The position numbers were made by a program, and so were the translations under genes. DNA of 64,000 nucleotides, taken from a virus (Duplodnaviria; Caudoviricetes). The stretch lies in the IMG/VR virus record IMGVR_UViG_3300046513_000235, positions 994 to 64,993 of that record. One strand, written 5' to 3'. The notes beneath the pieces are model-generated. The model saw only the letters and a list, made by a program, of their open reading frames with translations. It searched no databases and had not been told where the DNA came from. Positions 1 through 9,873 of the stretch are shown here, one piece after another (position 1 is the first letter of the stretch; each line of letters opens with the position of its first letter).

Positions 1-29
1 ATGTACTAATTCTATCATTCGGCAACACG

Positions 30-69
30 CTTGGAGCACTTCGGGTTGAGGTGCTCCAAGTTTTTATTT
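30..69 (+). terminator. Intrinsic terminator
   Basis: CTTGGAGCAC/GTGCTCCAAG 10-bp stem followed by TTTTTATTT. Confidence 0.75.
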
Positions 70-115
70 GCCTGTTTTGGAGACAGGCCACAAATCATAG
101 TTGGAGGAATGTATT

Positions 116-751
116 GTGCCATTGCCCTTAAGTATCGCACAGAAAAACAAGTTGCTGGATCTGCGGAAGAATGAATGCATTGATGCCGCAGCATTGAATG
201 ACAGTCTGTACGGAATTGAAAGTCTCATCACCCTTTGCGGGGATGATGTAACGCGTAATGGCTTACAAGAAACGCCGTTTCGTGTAGTTAAGGCCTTTAT
301 GGAATATACTAAGGGCTATCAGGAAAATCCGGAAGAAATCCTCGGCAAGTCGTTCGACGTCGAATACGACGAACTCGTCCTCATCAAAGATATTCCTTTC
401 AATTCATTGTGCGAACATCACTTTGCCCCGTTCTTTGGCGTAGCTCATGTAGCTTACATACCTCAGAAGAACGTCATTACGGGACTATCCAAGTTTGCGA
501 GGTTAGTAGATGCGTACGCGAACCGTTTCCAAGTTCAAGAAAGACTCACCGCACAAATCGCAGATACGGTGGAACAAGTATTACAACCGCTGGGAGCTGC
601 TGTTATTATCGAAGCAGAACATTACTGCATGTGCGGAAGAGGCGTCAAGAAAGCAGGAGCCAAAACAGTAACATCCTCTATGCGTGGAGTCTTCCGGGAT
701 AAACCAGAAGCTCGCGCAGAACTCATGGCACTTATTAATTCCGGCAAATAA
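116..751 (+). CDS. folE: GTP cyclohydrolase I
   Basis: Motifs [45 protein letters not shown] start after GGAGGA. Confidence 0.95.
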   Translation: MPLPLSIAQKNKLLDLRKNECIDAAALNDSLYGIESLITLCGDDVTRNGLQETPFRVVKAFMEYTKGYQENPEEILGKSFDVEYDELVLIKDIPFNSLCEHHFAPFFGVAHVAYIPQKNVITGLSKFARLVDAYANRFQVQERLTAQIADTVEQVLQPLGAAVIIEAEHYCMCGRGVKKAGAKTVTSSMRGVFRDKPEARAELMALINSGK

Positions 752-821
752 TTTCGTAGAGAGATGCCACGGCGAGTTCGGTCACGACTTGCCAGGCATC
801 GAACTTAAGGAGGAAGAGTTA

Positions 822-1535
822 ATGCAAGTTCCGTCAATTGGTCGGATAGTAACCTATCTGCGCCCGCAATCATTCGAATTGAAAGGCATTATCGAAGTAC
901 CTGCTGTCATCACTAAAGTGCATACAAACAGTGTAGTAGACCTGCAATTGTTTGGAAAGGAATACGAAGACGATCCGTATCGCAGTGACGTGCGCTTTGG
1001 CCCAGATGATTGTCAATGGAGATGGCCTATTATCTTGCGCGCTATTCCGGAGAAACTGCGTGGCTTTGAATTCGTATCACCTGAACATCAATTTGTTTCG
1101 GATGCAAAGCTCAAATTGCTTGGCATTGAGCGGAAACTTCCTGTGCGTGCTACAAAGAATTCAGCTGCCTATGATATGTTCTCTTTGGAGCACGGCTTAG
1201 TTAAGCCAGGAGAAAAGATGGAATTCGTTACTGATGTCAAAGCCTATATGCAGCCGGACGAATTACTGCTGGGCTTAAATCGTAGTTCGCAGGGTATTAA
1301 GATGGATATTACCTTGGCGAATACGGGCGCCGTAATTGATTCGGATTACTACAATAATCCCAAGAACGACGGAAGCATCAGTATCTGGTTACGTAACTTG
1401 GGTACGCAGCCTGTCAGAGTCAATGCAGGTGATCGCATTGCCCAGGTAATGTTTATTAAATACCTGACGGCTGACGGAGATAATGGTCATGGATTGGCTA
1501 CCCGTGAAGGTGGCATCGGCCATACAGGCAAATAA
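822..1535 (+). CDS. dut: Trimeric dUTPase with extra N-terminal domain
   Basis: SAAYD, RSS, GAVIDSDYY, GDRIAQ, REGGIGHTG motifs; ATG 822 after AGGAGG; N-terminal ~70 aa PSIGRIV..PAVIT..WRWP segment. Confidence 0.9.
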   Translation: MQVPSIGRIVTYLRPQSFELKGIIEVPAVITKVHTNSVVDLQLFGKEYEDDPYRSDVRFGPDDCQWRWPIILRAIPEKLRGFEFVSPEHQFVSDAKLKLLGIERKLPVRATKNSAAYDMFSLEHGLVKPGEKMEFVTDVKAYMQPDELLLGLNRSSQGIKMDITLANTGAVIDSDYYNNPKNDGSISIWLRNLGTQPVRVNAGDRIAQVMFIKYLTADGDNGHGLATREGGIGHTGK

Positions 1536-1549
1536 GGAGGCGTACCAGG

Positions 1550-2104
1550 GTGGGTGTGGAAGCGAAGCAAGTGAAACTTTTACTTATTGGCCCCGATTGT
1601 TCTGGTAAGTCAACGTTGGCTAAGAAATTAGCCGAGCATTTTAGATTGCCGTTGTTCAGTAATCGTAGAGCGCCAGACGAACTGGCCGCGCTGCAAAGGG
1701 TTGTTGACTTCGCAATTGACTGGTTTTCGGACTACGATGCCGGCTTTATTCTCGATCAGTGGCAATTCCCTGTAGACATTGTATATAATCGCGTGTTACG
1801 GGATCAGGGGTCTATTTTCGAGGGAATTGCCCCTTATCTTAAGCAGGACATGGACCGTTATAAGGTTCTTATCATCCATCTCACGGCCAGTGATGAAGTG
1901 CTCACGGAGCGTTTCAATAAACGGGGCGATGAGTTGTGGAACATTGGACAGATCCTCAAGGTGGCTAATGCGTATAAGCCCATACTCCAAGAGTTAAACT
2001 TGACGCATACTACAATAGATACATCGCCGTTGACGCCTGAAGAAGTTTTCAGTTGGACTGTGGCAAGAATTACATCATTTTATGGAGGCGAAGAGAATGT
2101 GTGA
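1550..2104 (+). CDS. P-loop nucleotide (dNMP/thymidylate-type) kinase
   Basis: Walker A GPDCSGKST, LDQW, lid-like RFNKRGD. Confidence 0.75.
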   Translation: MGVEAKQVKLLLIGPDCSGKSTLAKKLAEHFRLPLFSNRRAPDELAALQRVVDFAIDWFSDYDAGFILDQWQFPVDIVYNRVLRDQGSIFEGIAPYLKQDMDRYKVLIIHLTASDEVLTERFNKRGDELWNIGQILKVANAYKPILQELNLTHTTIDTSPLTPEEVFSWTVARITSFYGGEENV

Positions 2105-2936
2105 ACAATGTGGAGAAACAAACAAGTTCCATCTGAAAGCCATGGAGGAAGCTCCAGTAAGAAAGGCTGTAGTATTGTTGAGTGGGGGAATTGATTCTTC
2201 CACATTGCTGGCCGCGGCTGTAGCGGAATATGGTGCACATAATGTGACGGCGTTATCCTTGATCTACGGGCAGAAACATGCCAAGGAGCTGCAAAGCGCC
2301 GAAGCTATTGCGGCTTACTACTGTGTCCGTCATGTCGTCGAAGATCTTGGACTGGTGTTCAGATTCAGTGACTCGCCGCTATTATCCAGAAGTTCCCAGG
2401 AGGTGCCGGATGGGTCGTATGCTGATGATATTACCCATGAAGCAGATGGAATTTCCAAAACCTACGTACCTTACAGAAACGGACTCCTTCTCAGTTATGC
2501 AGCAGCTATTGCTTACTCTATCGGAGCCGACGAAATCCATTACGGAGCACATGCAGATGATGCAGCAGGCAATGCTTACCCTGATTGCACTCCTCAGTTC
2601 TACTCCGCCCAAGCGCAGGCTGTGTTCGAGGGTACCGGAAAGAAGGTTAACATGGTTGCCCCCCTAATTAACATGTTCAAAAAGGATGTCGTTGCGTGGG
2701 GATTGGAACTTGGCGTCCCTTACGAAAAGACATGGTCTTGCTACAACGGTAGTGACAAGCCCTGCGGTACTTGCGGCACCTGCGTGGATAGACGCATTGC
2801 GTTCTATGCTAATGGTACCCAAGATCCACTGAAGTATGCTGGGGCGCTGCAACCTACAGAAGGTGTTATCAAGACACTGGAATCTCTGGGCTTGGAGCCT
2901 TGGGATTATGTAACACTGCAGACGCATTCAGAATAA
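2097..2936 (+). CDS. queC: 7-cyano-7-deazaguanine synthase
   Basis: LSGGIDS, YGQKH, YVPYRN, YPDC, TWSCY..CGTCGTC. Confidence 0.95.
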   Translation: MCEQCGETNKFHLKAMEEAPVRKAVVLLSGGIDSSTLLAAAVAEYGAHNVTALSLIYGQKHAKELQSAEAIAAYYCVRHVVEDLGLVFRFSDSPLLSRSSQEVPDGSYADDITHEADGISKTYVPYRNGLLLSYAAAIAYSIGADEIHYGAHADDAAGNAYPDCTPQFYSAQAQAVFEGTGKKVNMVAPLINMFKKDVVAWGLELGVPYEKTWSCYNGSDKPCGTCGTCVDRRIAFYANGTQDPLKYAGALQPTEGVIKTLESLGLEPWDYVTLQTHSE

Positions 2937-3032
2937 GGCTCGTAGCAAAAGCGGAATCATCTATGCAAGCAGACCACCACACCCTGGTACGCTAGGGTCT
3001 GGTGGTAATTTTAGTTAATCGGAGGAGATACA

Positions 3033-3230
3033 ATGGCATGCAATCATTGCACGGCCACGAAGAAGATCCCAGATGGTACTACCTATGGTTTGGTCGACAT
3101 CCACGTGAGACGCGCCGGGTTGCGGCTGGAATATCAAGCCTATAGTGTTGACAGTAGCTTTGATATAGTTATACCTATCAAGTTCTGCCCTATGTGCGGA
3201 AGAAAATTAACCCAGTCGGAGGAAACATAA
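3033..3230 (+). CDS. Small Zn-finger-like protein
   Basis: CxxC at both ends (CNHC, FCPMCG); GGAGGAG RBS. Confidence 0.7.
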   Translation: MACNHCTATKKIPDGTTYGLVDIHVRRAGLRLEYQAYSVDSSFDIVIPIKFCPMCGRKLTQSEET

Positions 3231-4054
3231 TGAAGGTAGCTACCATCGTCCCACAACAGTTTTTGGAATTGACTCGCTCAGACGAGTATCACATGAGCTT
3301 GGCACACCTGATTGGTGCTGCCGGCTACGAACCCTATACGCATTTCTTTAAACAGATTGGAAGGCTGCCTTACACATACCTGATTATGGATAATGGCTTA
3401 ATCGAAGGACGTCCGCAGCCAATTGATGTCTTGGTTGAAAAGGCTCTTATGGTCGAGGCGGATGAACTCGTACTTCCGGATGTGTTTAAGGATCGTGCAA
3501 AGACGTATGCTGCTGTGTATGATGCATTGGACTATTTGCACAAGAAGCAAACACTCCGGGGGCGTACAGGTCTCATGGCTGTGGCACAAGGCACGACCTT
3601 AGAAGAGTGGATCGAAAGTGCCAAGGATCTCCTGAAGCTGCCTATTCGGGCTTTGGGTATTCCTAAGGTGCTAGCTAATCTGCCAGGATATACTGACGGA
3701 GGTTGGTGGTTGAATCGTCTGGAGGCTCTTAAGGCGATTGAGCCGCTACGCATGCATAGCGATATCCAGATTCACTTACTGGGTTGCTGGGAAACTCCAT
3801 TGGAGGCTAAGATGATCTCAAGAGCGGAGGCTGACGGTGTTATTACGCCTGTTAGAGGAATTGATAGTGCTTTGCCTTATGTATTTGCACGGGCAGGAAT
3901 GAAAATGAGCGACGGACCGCGGCCGGATACAAGTCCCATCGACTTCCAGCTTGGAGGGGTTAACCGCAAGCTGCTGCAGGAGAACATTACGATGTGGAAG
4001 CATGAATGCAATATCCAATCTGACGAAGATAATGTAACTAAGCTCTGGGTATAG
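3230..4054 (+). CDS. dpdA: DpdA-like TGT-fold deoxyguanosine transglycosylase
   Basis: TGT-barrel-like motif order MDNG, LPDV, AVAQG, LGIP, IHLLG, RGIDS; lies within the que gene cluster. Confidence 0.7.
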   Translation: MKVATIVPQQFLELTRSDEYHMSLAHLIGAAGYEPYTHFFKQIGRLPYTYLIMDNGLIEGRPQPIDVLVEKALMVEADELVLPDVFKDRAKTYAAVYDALDYLHKKQTLRGRTGLMAVAQGTTLEEWIESAKDLLKLPIRALGIPKVLANLPGYTDGGWWLNRLEALKAIEPLRMHSDIQIHLLGCWETPLEAKMISRAEADGVITPVRGIDSALPYVFARAGMKMSDGPRPDTSPIDFQLGGVNRKLLQENITMWKHECNIQSDEDNVTKLWV

Positions 4055-4066
4055 GGAGGAATTAGC

Positions 4067-6595
4067 TTGGGAATAATTAGTCATTACGGACATCCGGAAG
4101 CGCCTTTTGCCCGAGTTAATGCCCAGACATTTCCGGATAAAGTCGACATCATGGTAATTGGTGATATACCTACGCCGATGGAAATCCGCAAAGGGCAATT
4201 TTTGTCGGGTCCTGCAACTGGCATACTTAAGGAAACATTGGAGAAGGTAGGCTTACGGGCTAAGGAGTTATCTATACATTACACTACGGCTATTAAGACA
4301 GCACATCCAAAGAAGAAGGGCAAAGCAACTCCTGCAGAGATAATTAGAGGACATCATCCCTTGATTATTCGTGAGATCCAAGCAGTTAAGCCTAAGATGG
4401 TTCTGATTCTGGGGAAAACTGCCATGCAGACTGTTTATGGGGATACAACCATCAAGGTAGGCGCAGTGATGGGAAGAGTAACCCCTATTCCGGGTGTTTC
4501 AGAAGATATTATCTGTATGCCTGTATTGCATCCGGCCTTAATCATGAGATCACCAGCTGACTTTAAGCCTTTTCTAGCTTCGATAGAACTGGCCGCCAAG
4601 TTGTTCAAGGGAGGTTCTACGCATGATACAGGGGAGACGCAATGGCAAGTCTTGGACACAGAGACGAAGATTGAGGCAGCACTTAAACTCCTTGCCACTA
4701 AAAAAGAAGTTAGTGGTGATATGGAAACGACAGGGCTCGATTATCGTATCGCTGAATTCCTCGTACTGGGAATTGGCTTTGAGAAGAACAAAGTATTCGT
4801 TATCCCGCGGGAAATGCGGCATCGCGTACAGGACTTCTTCAATCTGCAAAACTTAACATGGACGTGGCAGCACGGAAAGTTCGATACGAAGATAATGTGG
4901 CGTCGTAAGTTGGCTATTGTACCGTTACATGACGATGCCATGTATGCCCACTATGTATTGGATGAAACATCCGAGCACAATCTGGAATACTTATCCAAGG
5001 TGTATTTGCAAGCGGAATCATACAAGTACAAGATGAATCAGAACTTCAAGGCAATTACCTTGGAGAATTACCCTGAATGGTTTGACGCTCTGTGTGAGCG
5101 CGTAGCAGTTGACTGCGACTATACGTATCAGCTGAAGCACGTACTGCTTGCTGAGGTAGAGAAAGATCCGGGTTTATCGAACGTATACCACAACGTTATC
5201 ATGCCCGCAGCACCCTTCTTGGCACGCGTAGAACAAAATGGCATCCTAATTGACTCTGAACTGTTAGAGGAATATGGAGAGCTATATGTGAAGCGTCTAG
5301 AAGGTATTATGGAAGAGATTGAGGTCCTGGCGAAGCCTGACTGGGATCCAACACAGTACATGGCGGATATGAAGGCCAAATCTGCCCCTGATAAGTTCAA
5401 CCCAGGAAGTCCTAAGCAAATGTCTTGGATGGTTTTCAACAAGTTGAAGCTTAAGCCGAGACGTAAGAAAGGGGCCAGTACGGATAAAGATGTCCTGGGC
5501 TCTATTGAGGATCCTCCAGCATTAGTTAAGAAGGTGCTGGAGTACCGCACAGTGGCAAAGGAGTATAAGACTTATGTAGTTGGGCTATTGAAGTGGCGCG
5601 ACACGGATGGGCGAGTACGTACTAACTTTTCATTGCAGGTTACGGCGACGGGTCGTTTATCTAGCAAGGAACCTAATGTACAGAACTTACCAAATGCTTT
5701 TGGTGTGGGTAATATTCGTAAGGCCATTATCCCGCCCCAGTATTACATCATTATGGACTCTGATTATTCGGGAGCAGAACTGCGTTGGCTTGCTTGTATG
5801 AGTGAGTGTCCGGTATTGTTAGATATCTTCCTGAACGGTAAGAACCTGCATCATGAAACGGCAGTTGGCTTATACGGACCTAACTACACATCACAAGACA
5901 AGATGCGTGCGAAGGCTACTAACTTCGGAATACCGTATGGTCGAGAGGCTGGATCTTTCGTGGACGAGTTTAACATCAGCAAGGAAGAAGCCATCAAGAT
6001 GATAGATGATTGGTTAAACAAATACCACGGAGCTCGTGATTATCTATTATCTTGTGCTGCTGCCGTGAAGCAGGGAAAATTGCTTCGTACACCATTTGGG
6101 CGTCAGCGGCGATTTGGTTTGGTAACTGCTGAGAACTTACATGCCCTTCAGAACGAGGCACGCAACTTCCCTATCCAGTCACCATCGTCAGATACCACCC
6201 TAATTGCGGGGATGGAGCTGGAACCCTATGCTACTAAGATGGGTTGCCAGACTGTAAACTTAGTACATGACTCCCTTCTCTACTATGTGCCAGCTGAGCA
6301 TGATTTGATCTTGGAATTCGGATATCATGTTAACCAACACATGATCAAAGTACCGGAGCGTTTATTCGGTTACCAGGTTCCCTTCGCATCCGATACGGAT
6401 ATCGGATTTACGTGGGATAAGAATGACTTGGTCAATCTGCAGTTCGATAGCCAATCAGTTATCTGGGAAGAAAAAGTTGCTGGGCAAAAGGTTGAGAAGA
6501 CTACAAGCCTTAAGAATTGGTTAGAGGAAGGTATTGCGAAGCATAGCTATAAATACGAGAAGCAATGGTATAAGGATTTGCGTCCATTGTTCTGA
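4067..6595 (+). CDS. polA: Family A DNA polymerase with N-terminal uracil-DNA-glycosylase-like domain and 3'-5' exonuclease
   Basis: Exo DMETTG, TGRLSS..PNVQN, motif A DYSGAELR, motif B RAKATNFGIPYG, motif C VHDS; N-terminal EIQAVKPKMVLILG and LHPA. Confidence 0.93.
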   Translation: MGIISHYGHPEAPFARVNAQTFPDKVDIMVIGDIPTPMEIRKGQFLSGPATGILKETLEKVGLRAKELSIHYTTAIKTAHPKKKGKATPAEIIRGHHPLIIREIQAVKPKMVLILGKTAMQTVYGDTTIKVGAVMGRVTPIPGVSEDIICMPVLHPALIMRSPADFKPFLASIELAAKLFKGGSTHDTGETQWQVLDTETKIEAALKLLATKKEVSGDMETTGLDYRIAEFLVLGIGFEKNKVFVIPREMRHRVQDFFNLQNLTWTWQHGKFDTKIMWRRKLAIVPLHDDAMYAHYVLDETSEHNLEYLSKVYLQAESYKYKMNQNFKAITLENYPEWFDALCERVAVDCDYTYQLKHVLLAEVEKDPGLSNVYHNVIMPAAPFLARVEQNGILIDSELLEEYGELYVKRLEGIMEEIEVLAKPDWDPTQYMADMKAKSAPDKFNPGSPKQMSWMVFNKLKLKPRRKKGASTDKDVLGSIEDPPALVKKVLEYRTVAKEYKTYVVGLLKWRDTDGRVRTNFSLQVTATGRLSSKEPNVQNLPNAFGVGNIRKAIIPPQYYIIMDSDYSGAELRWLACMSECPVLLDIFLNGKNLHHETAVGLYGPNYTSQDKMRAKATNFGIPYGREAGSFVDEFNISKEEAIKMIDDWLNKYHGARDYLLSCAAAVKQGKLLRTPFGRQRRFGLVTAENLHALQNEARNFPIQSPSSDTTLIAGMELEPYATKMGCQTVNLVHDSLLYYVPAEHDLILEFGYHVNQHMIKVPERLFGYQVPFASDTDIGFTWDKNDLVNLQFDSQSVIWEEKVAGQKVEKTTSLKNWLEEGIAKHSYKYEKQWYKDLRPLF

Positions 6596-6671
6596 CGTAC
6601 CAGGGTGGTGTTGGGCGCGCAGCAAAGGTTCTCCGCGCTCTTCAAACCCTATTCGAAAGGGGTTGCGTTAC

Positions 6672-7004
6672 ATGGCTGAGCATAGTGGAATTGACCTTTT
6701 CAACCTGTTGACTGAGTCGTATAAGATTTATCCGGCCTCTTCGGTAGAAACATCACGAGAAATTGCCATAGGTCGGATAGACGATGCTATATGGGGTCGT
6801 TGTTATATAACTGTACGTATTGAGTTATCTAATAGGCAGACGTATATGAATCAAGTAACTTGGTCTGAATTGGAAATGGCACATTTAGAAGTTGCCTCGC
6901 ATGGATTGCAGATCCTCGAGGGGAAGTTAACCGATCTCCTAAACAAGACGCGGGTAGGTATTGAGGCGGCGATGGACAGAACAAACAAAGAGCCCTGGAC
7001 ATAG
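6672..7004 (+). CDS. Hypothetical protein
   Basis: ORF with AAGGGG RBS, followed by terminator. Confidence 0.55.
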   Translation: MAEHSGIDLFNLLTESYKIYPASSVETSREIAIGRIDDAIWGRCYITVRIELSNRQTYMNQVTWSELEMAHLEVASHGLQILEGKLTDLLNKTRVGIEAAMDRTNKEPWT

Positions 7005-7025
7005 GTCCAAGGCTTTTTTTTTTTT
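6988..7025. terminator. Terminator between convergent operons
   Basis: AGCCCTGGAC/GTCCAAGGCT stem plus long T run. Confidence 0.75.
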
Positions 7026-8139
7026 ACAGATGGCGCTCGACGATGCTCGACATATAGCGGTGACCCTTGTCTCCTGGGTGTGCTGTATTGCTACCAGAAC
7101 CCCCTGTAAAGTCTTCGGTCGCAGTGCCAAACAAACCACGTGTTTGCATGGTGGTGTAGTCCTTATTCCAAGCCGCATACATATCGATTAGAGCTGTATT
7201 GTATTTCCTAGCTAAGTCATAGTTTGCCTGTACAAAGTCCGGCCAGGCAGTAGTCCATGCTGAGCCGCCCCGCATCAAAGGCAGTAACAGAACACTGGAG
7301 CCTAGGCCAAGAAAGTGTTGCACCATGGCATCCATGTTGGTTTTGTAGGCTGCTAAACCCGTACCCAAACCACCATCGTTTACACCTAAGGCAATTATCG
7401 TCAGGTGACAAGGTCTTCCGGCCCAAGCCGATTTGGTATTAGTGTTGTTCCAATCAATAGAGGTATAACCGGCCATGCCATTCTTCCATACCTGAATACC
7501 GGCAGTGGAAATCTCTGCAATGATCCCCTCAATCATGATCTGTGCCGAGGTGGCTGGGACAATAGTTAGCACATGCGCCGCATTAGTTAACCCCGTAAAC
7601 GCTTGATAGTTGTTGAAGGAAGTTGTGGCATTGTTGCAATTAAGCGTACCAACTGAAGTACCATCAATCCGCACGTCAGCATTACCTCCGACAGAACCCC
7701 GAGCATATACGATCGTAAACTTATCTCCCGTGAAATTAAATGTAGCTGCCGTAGTAACCCCATTGGATGAAATATAACCACCACCAAAACCGGACTTAGT
7801 ACCCGCAGCCTGTATCCAACCAGCACCCAAGCTTACACGTGGCTGCGTCCCTGCAGGAAAGACACCCTCTAGAGCATTAATCCACCCCACCCCAGCATTT
7901 CCATACTTTGCCTGCAAGGATTTGCGCAAGACACTCGCCCAAGAGGTTTCTGGTTCATTGGACGTGAATTGCCCCCGCGTAATGGAATCTCCTAGGCAAA
8001 GTATCTTGGTTGGGGTGGCCGCTGCTTTCTCTGCTAAACCAATACGATAGTCAAGTAGCCCGGGCCCTAAATTGAAACCAAACCCTGGGTTAAGCTTGTC
8101 GGCATATTTCTTGGATGCTCCAACGCTTGCTGCGTCCAT
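7024..8139 (-). CDS. SGNH/GDSL hydrolase (esterase) with beta-sandwich insert
   Basis: LGDSIT block I, GVND block III, HP..KGH block V. Confidence 0.85.
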   Translation of the reverse strand: MDAASVGASKKYADKLNPGFGFNLGPGLLDYRIGLAEKAAATPTKILCLGDSITRGQFTSNEPETSWASVLRKSLQAKYGNAGVGWINALEGVFPAGTQPRVSLGAGWIQAAGTKSGFGGGYISSNGVTTAATFNFTGDKFTIVYARGSVGGNADVRIDGTSVGTLNCNNATTSFNNYQAFTGLTNAAHVLTIVPATSAQIMIEGIIAEISTAGIQVWKNGMAGYTSIDWNNTNTKSAWAGRPCHLTIIALGVNDGGLGTGLAAYKTNMDAMVQHFLGLGSSVLLLPLMRGGSAWTTAWPDFVQANYDLARKYNTALIDMYAAWNKDYTTMQTRGLFGTATEDFTGGSGSNTAHPGDKGHRYMSSIVERHL

Positions 8140-8142
8140 TAG

Positions 8143-8559
8143 CTACACCAACTTTCCTTTGACAGTGACGTTACCACCGGTAACACTTGTTAGGTTTGCT
8201 ATGAAGGTCTCCAAGCCTGTTACATCAAAGGTCCAAACTTCTCCCAAGGTGCCGGCTGTTCCCAGTTCCAAGTCTGATTTACGTGAACCCATGATTAGGG
8301 AGGCTGTTCCACTGGCGAGTGTGCTTTGGAATGTTACAGAGGCTGCCGTAGCTGTGCCATAGATTTCTACTGTAAGCGTCTTTCCTGAGCCGATAGTAAT
8401 AGAACCCGTTCCTGTGGCTGTGGCGGCGTTTAAAGGAGTAACTACAGTAGGGCTGGAGGACCCGCTTCCGGATCCCCCAGTGATATAAACTTCTCCGGCA
8501 TCAGTAACTTTCACATTGACTTTCTTTCTATCTGCGGTTATTCCCTGCAAAATCGTCAC
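8143..8559 (-). CDS. Thr/Gly-rich beta protein, probably virion-associated
   Basis: Composition and RBS; same frame as downstream SGNH gene. Confidence 0.6.
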   Translation of the reverse strand: MTILQGITADRKKVNVKVTDAGEVYITGGSGSGSSSPTVVTPLNAATATGTGSITIGSGKTLTVEIYGTATAASVTFQSTLASGTASLIMGSRKSDLELGTAGTLGEVWTFDVTGLETFIANLTSVTGGNVTVKGKLV

Positions 8560-8586
8560 CTTACCAGCCTCCTTAAATATTAATAC

Positions 8587-9072
8587 CTACTTGAGCGTGT
8601 CGCCCGAACTCGCATTGGCCTCTCTCTGTGCAGCAATTGTCTCAACAAGTTTCGTAGCTTGATCTTCCGATAGTTCAGGGAGCCCAGTGTTAATTGTCAC
8701 GTTGCTTGAACTCGATTGCTGGTTAGGAATCTTGTCCAACTTAATCCAGGCTTCTTGGATCTTAGCTTTGATCTCTTCCTTACTCTCGACAGGAATTTTG
8801 AGGCGTGCTGCTTTTTTAAGCGCGTAGTCAATCGCAAAGTCCAGCTTATCACTAGTCAGGAATTCAACGCCGGCCAATTCAGCTTGCGCGTAAGCTTCCT
8901 GGGCTAAAGACCACAACACACCCTGGTGCGAGGCGGCTTTCTTGACAGCGATCCATTGGCCGAGTAAACGCCAATTTTTCACGAGCAAAGCCAGTACACC
9001 AATGACGATAGCACTTACAGCCACGGCTACTACTGAGTAACCGTTGAGCAATTGCCAAATATCTTGTACCAT
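8587..9072 (-). CDS. Holin (LL-H-like)
   Basis: N-terminal TM helix then AQEAYAQAE..KLDFA; adjacent to endolysin. Confidence 0.65.
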   Translation of the reverse strand: MVQDIWQLLNGYSVVAVAVSAIVIGVLALLVKNWRLLGQWIAVKKAASHQGVLWSLAQEAYAQAELAGVEFLTSDKLDFAIDYALKKAARLKIPVESKEEIKAKIQEAWIKLDKIPNQQSSSSNVTINTGLPELSEDQATKLVETIAAQREANASSGDTLK

Positions 9073-9084
9073 TTAAAACGCCTC

Positions 9085-9873
9085 CTATTTTTTGATCTTG
9101 GGGATAACTCCGGAATTGTACAACATTTGAATGATGTTAAGCTCAATCTTTGACTTGTCTGCCACAGTGGTAATAGTTTTATTGGCTTTCGCAGCTTCAA
9201 CCGCTTCCGTATATTGGGAAGCATAGGTCTCTGTGCCGGAAATATTCAACCGCTTTTCTACGGCAGCCAAACGTTTTTCCATAGCCGCAATAATATCATT
9301 CTGTACTTCGATCTTCTCCACCAGTAATTGGTTATCTGCCACGTCTTTCTCCTCCAATTCCCATTTCTGAATTTTGGCAATCACCGCGCCGATTTGTGCA
9401 TCGCTGGGTTTCTTACCGGCTTTTAAATCGGATAGGGACATCCCAAACATCATTTGAATATGTGGGTAGTCCTTAAAGGAAGTCCAATCACCACCCCACT
9501 CAAAACCAAACAGTTTGGCTAGGGCCACTACTTCCAACCAATCGGACGTACGATTGTTATTGTAATCCGTATGCAGGTCCCACGTAACGCCCTTTGTACC
9601 AGGCACGATTAAAACAAAGTCCAAAGCCATGTCATAGTTATGAATCGAAGAACCGGCTTTAGCATTAGTTACAATGGCTCCAGGCTTGGTTCGTCCTTGT
9701 GCATACAGCGCATCCTGCTCGGCAAAAGTGCGCTTGCCAGCTGTGAACTTCATCTCGATGCCCGCTTTGTAAGCATATTCGATTAACTTCTGTCCTGCAA
9801 ACCGCACAGCGGCATTACTGAGGCCATTGAGCACAGCAGCGGACATCTTTTGAACGTCTTCCAAGCTATTCAT
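9085..9873 (-). CDS. Endolysin, M15 L-alanyl-D-glutamate peptidase
   Basis: RTFAEQDALYAQGRT, SIHNYDMALD, EWGGDW..KDYPHIQ. Confidence 0.92.
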   Translation of the reverse strand: MNSLEDVQKMSAAVLNGLSNAAVRFAGQKLIEYAYKAGIEMKFTAGKRTFAEQDALYAQGRTKPGAIVTNAKAGSSIHNYDMALDFVLIVPGTKGVTWDLHTDYNNNRTSDWLEVVALAKLFGFEWGGDWTSFKDYPHIQMMFGMSLSDLKAGKKPSDAQIGAVIAKIQKWELEEKDVADNQLLVEKIEVQNDIIAAMEKRLAAVEKRLNISGTETYASQYTEAVEAAKANKTITTVADKSKIELNIIQMLYNSGVIPKIKK

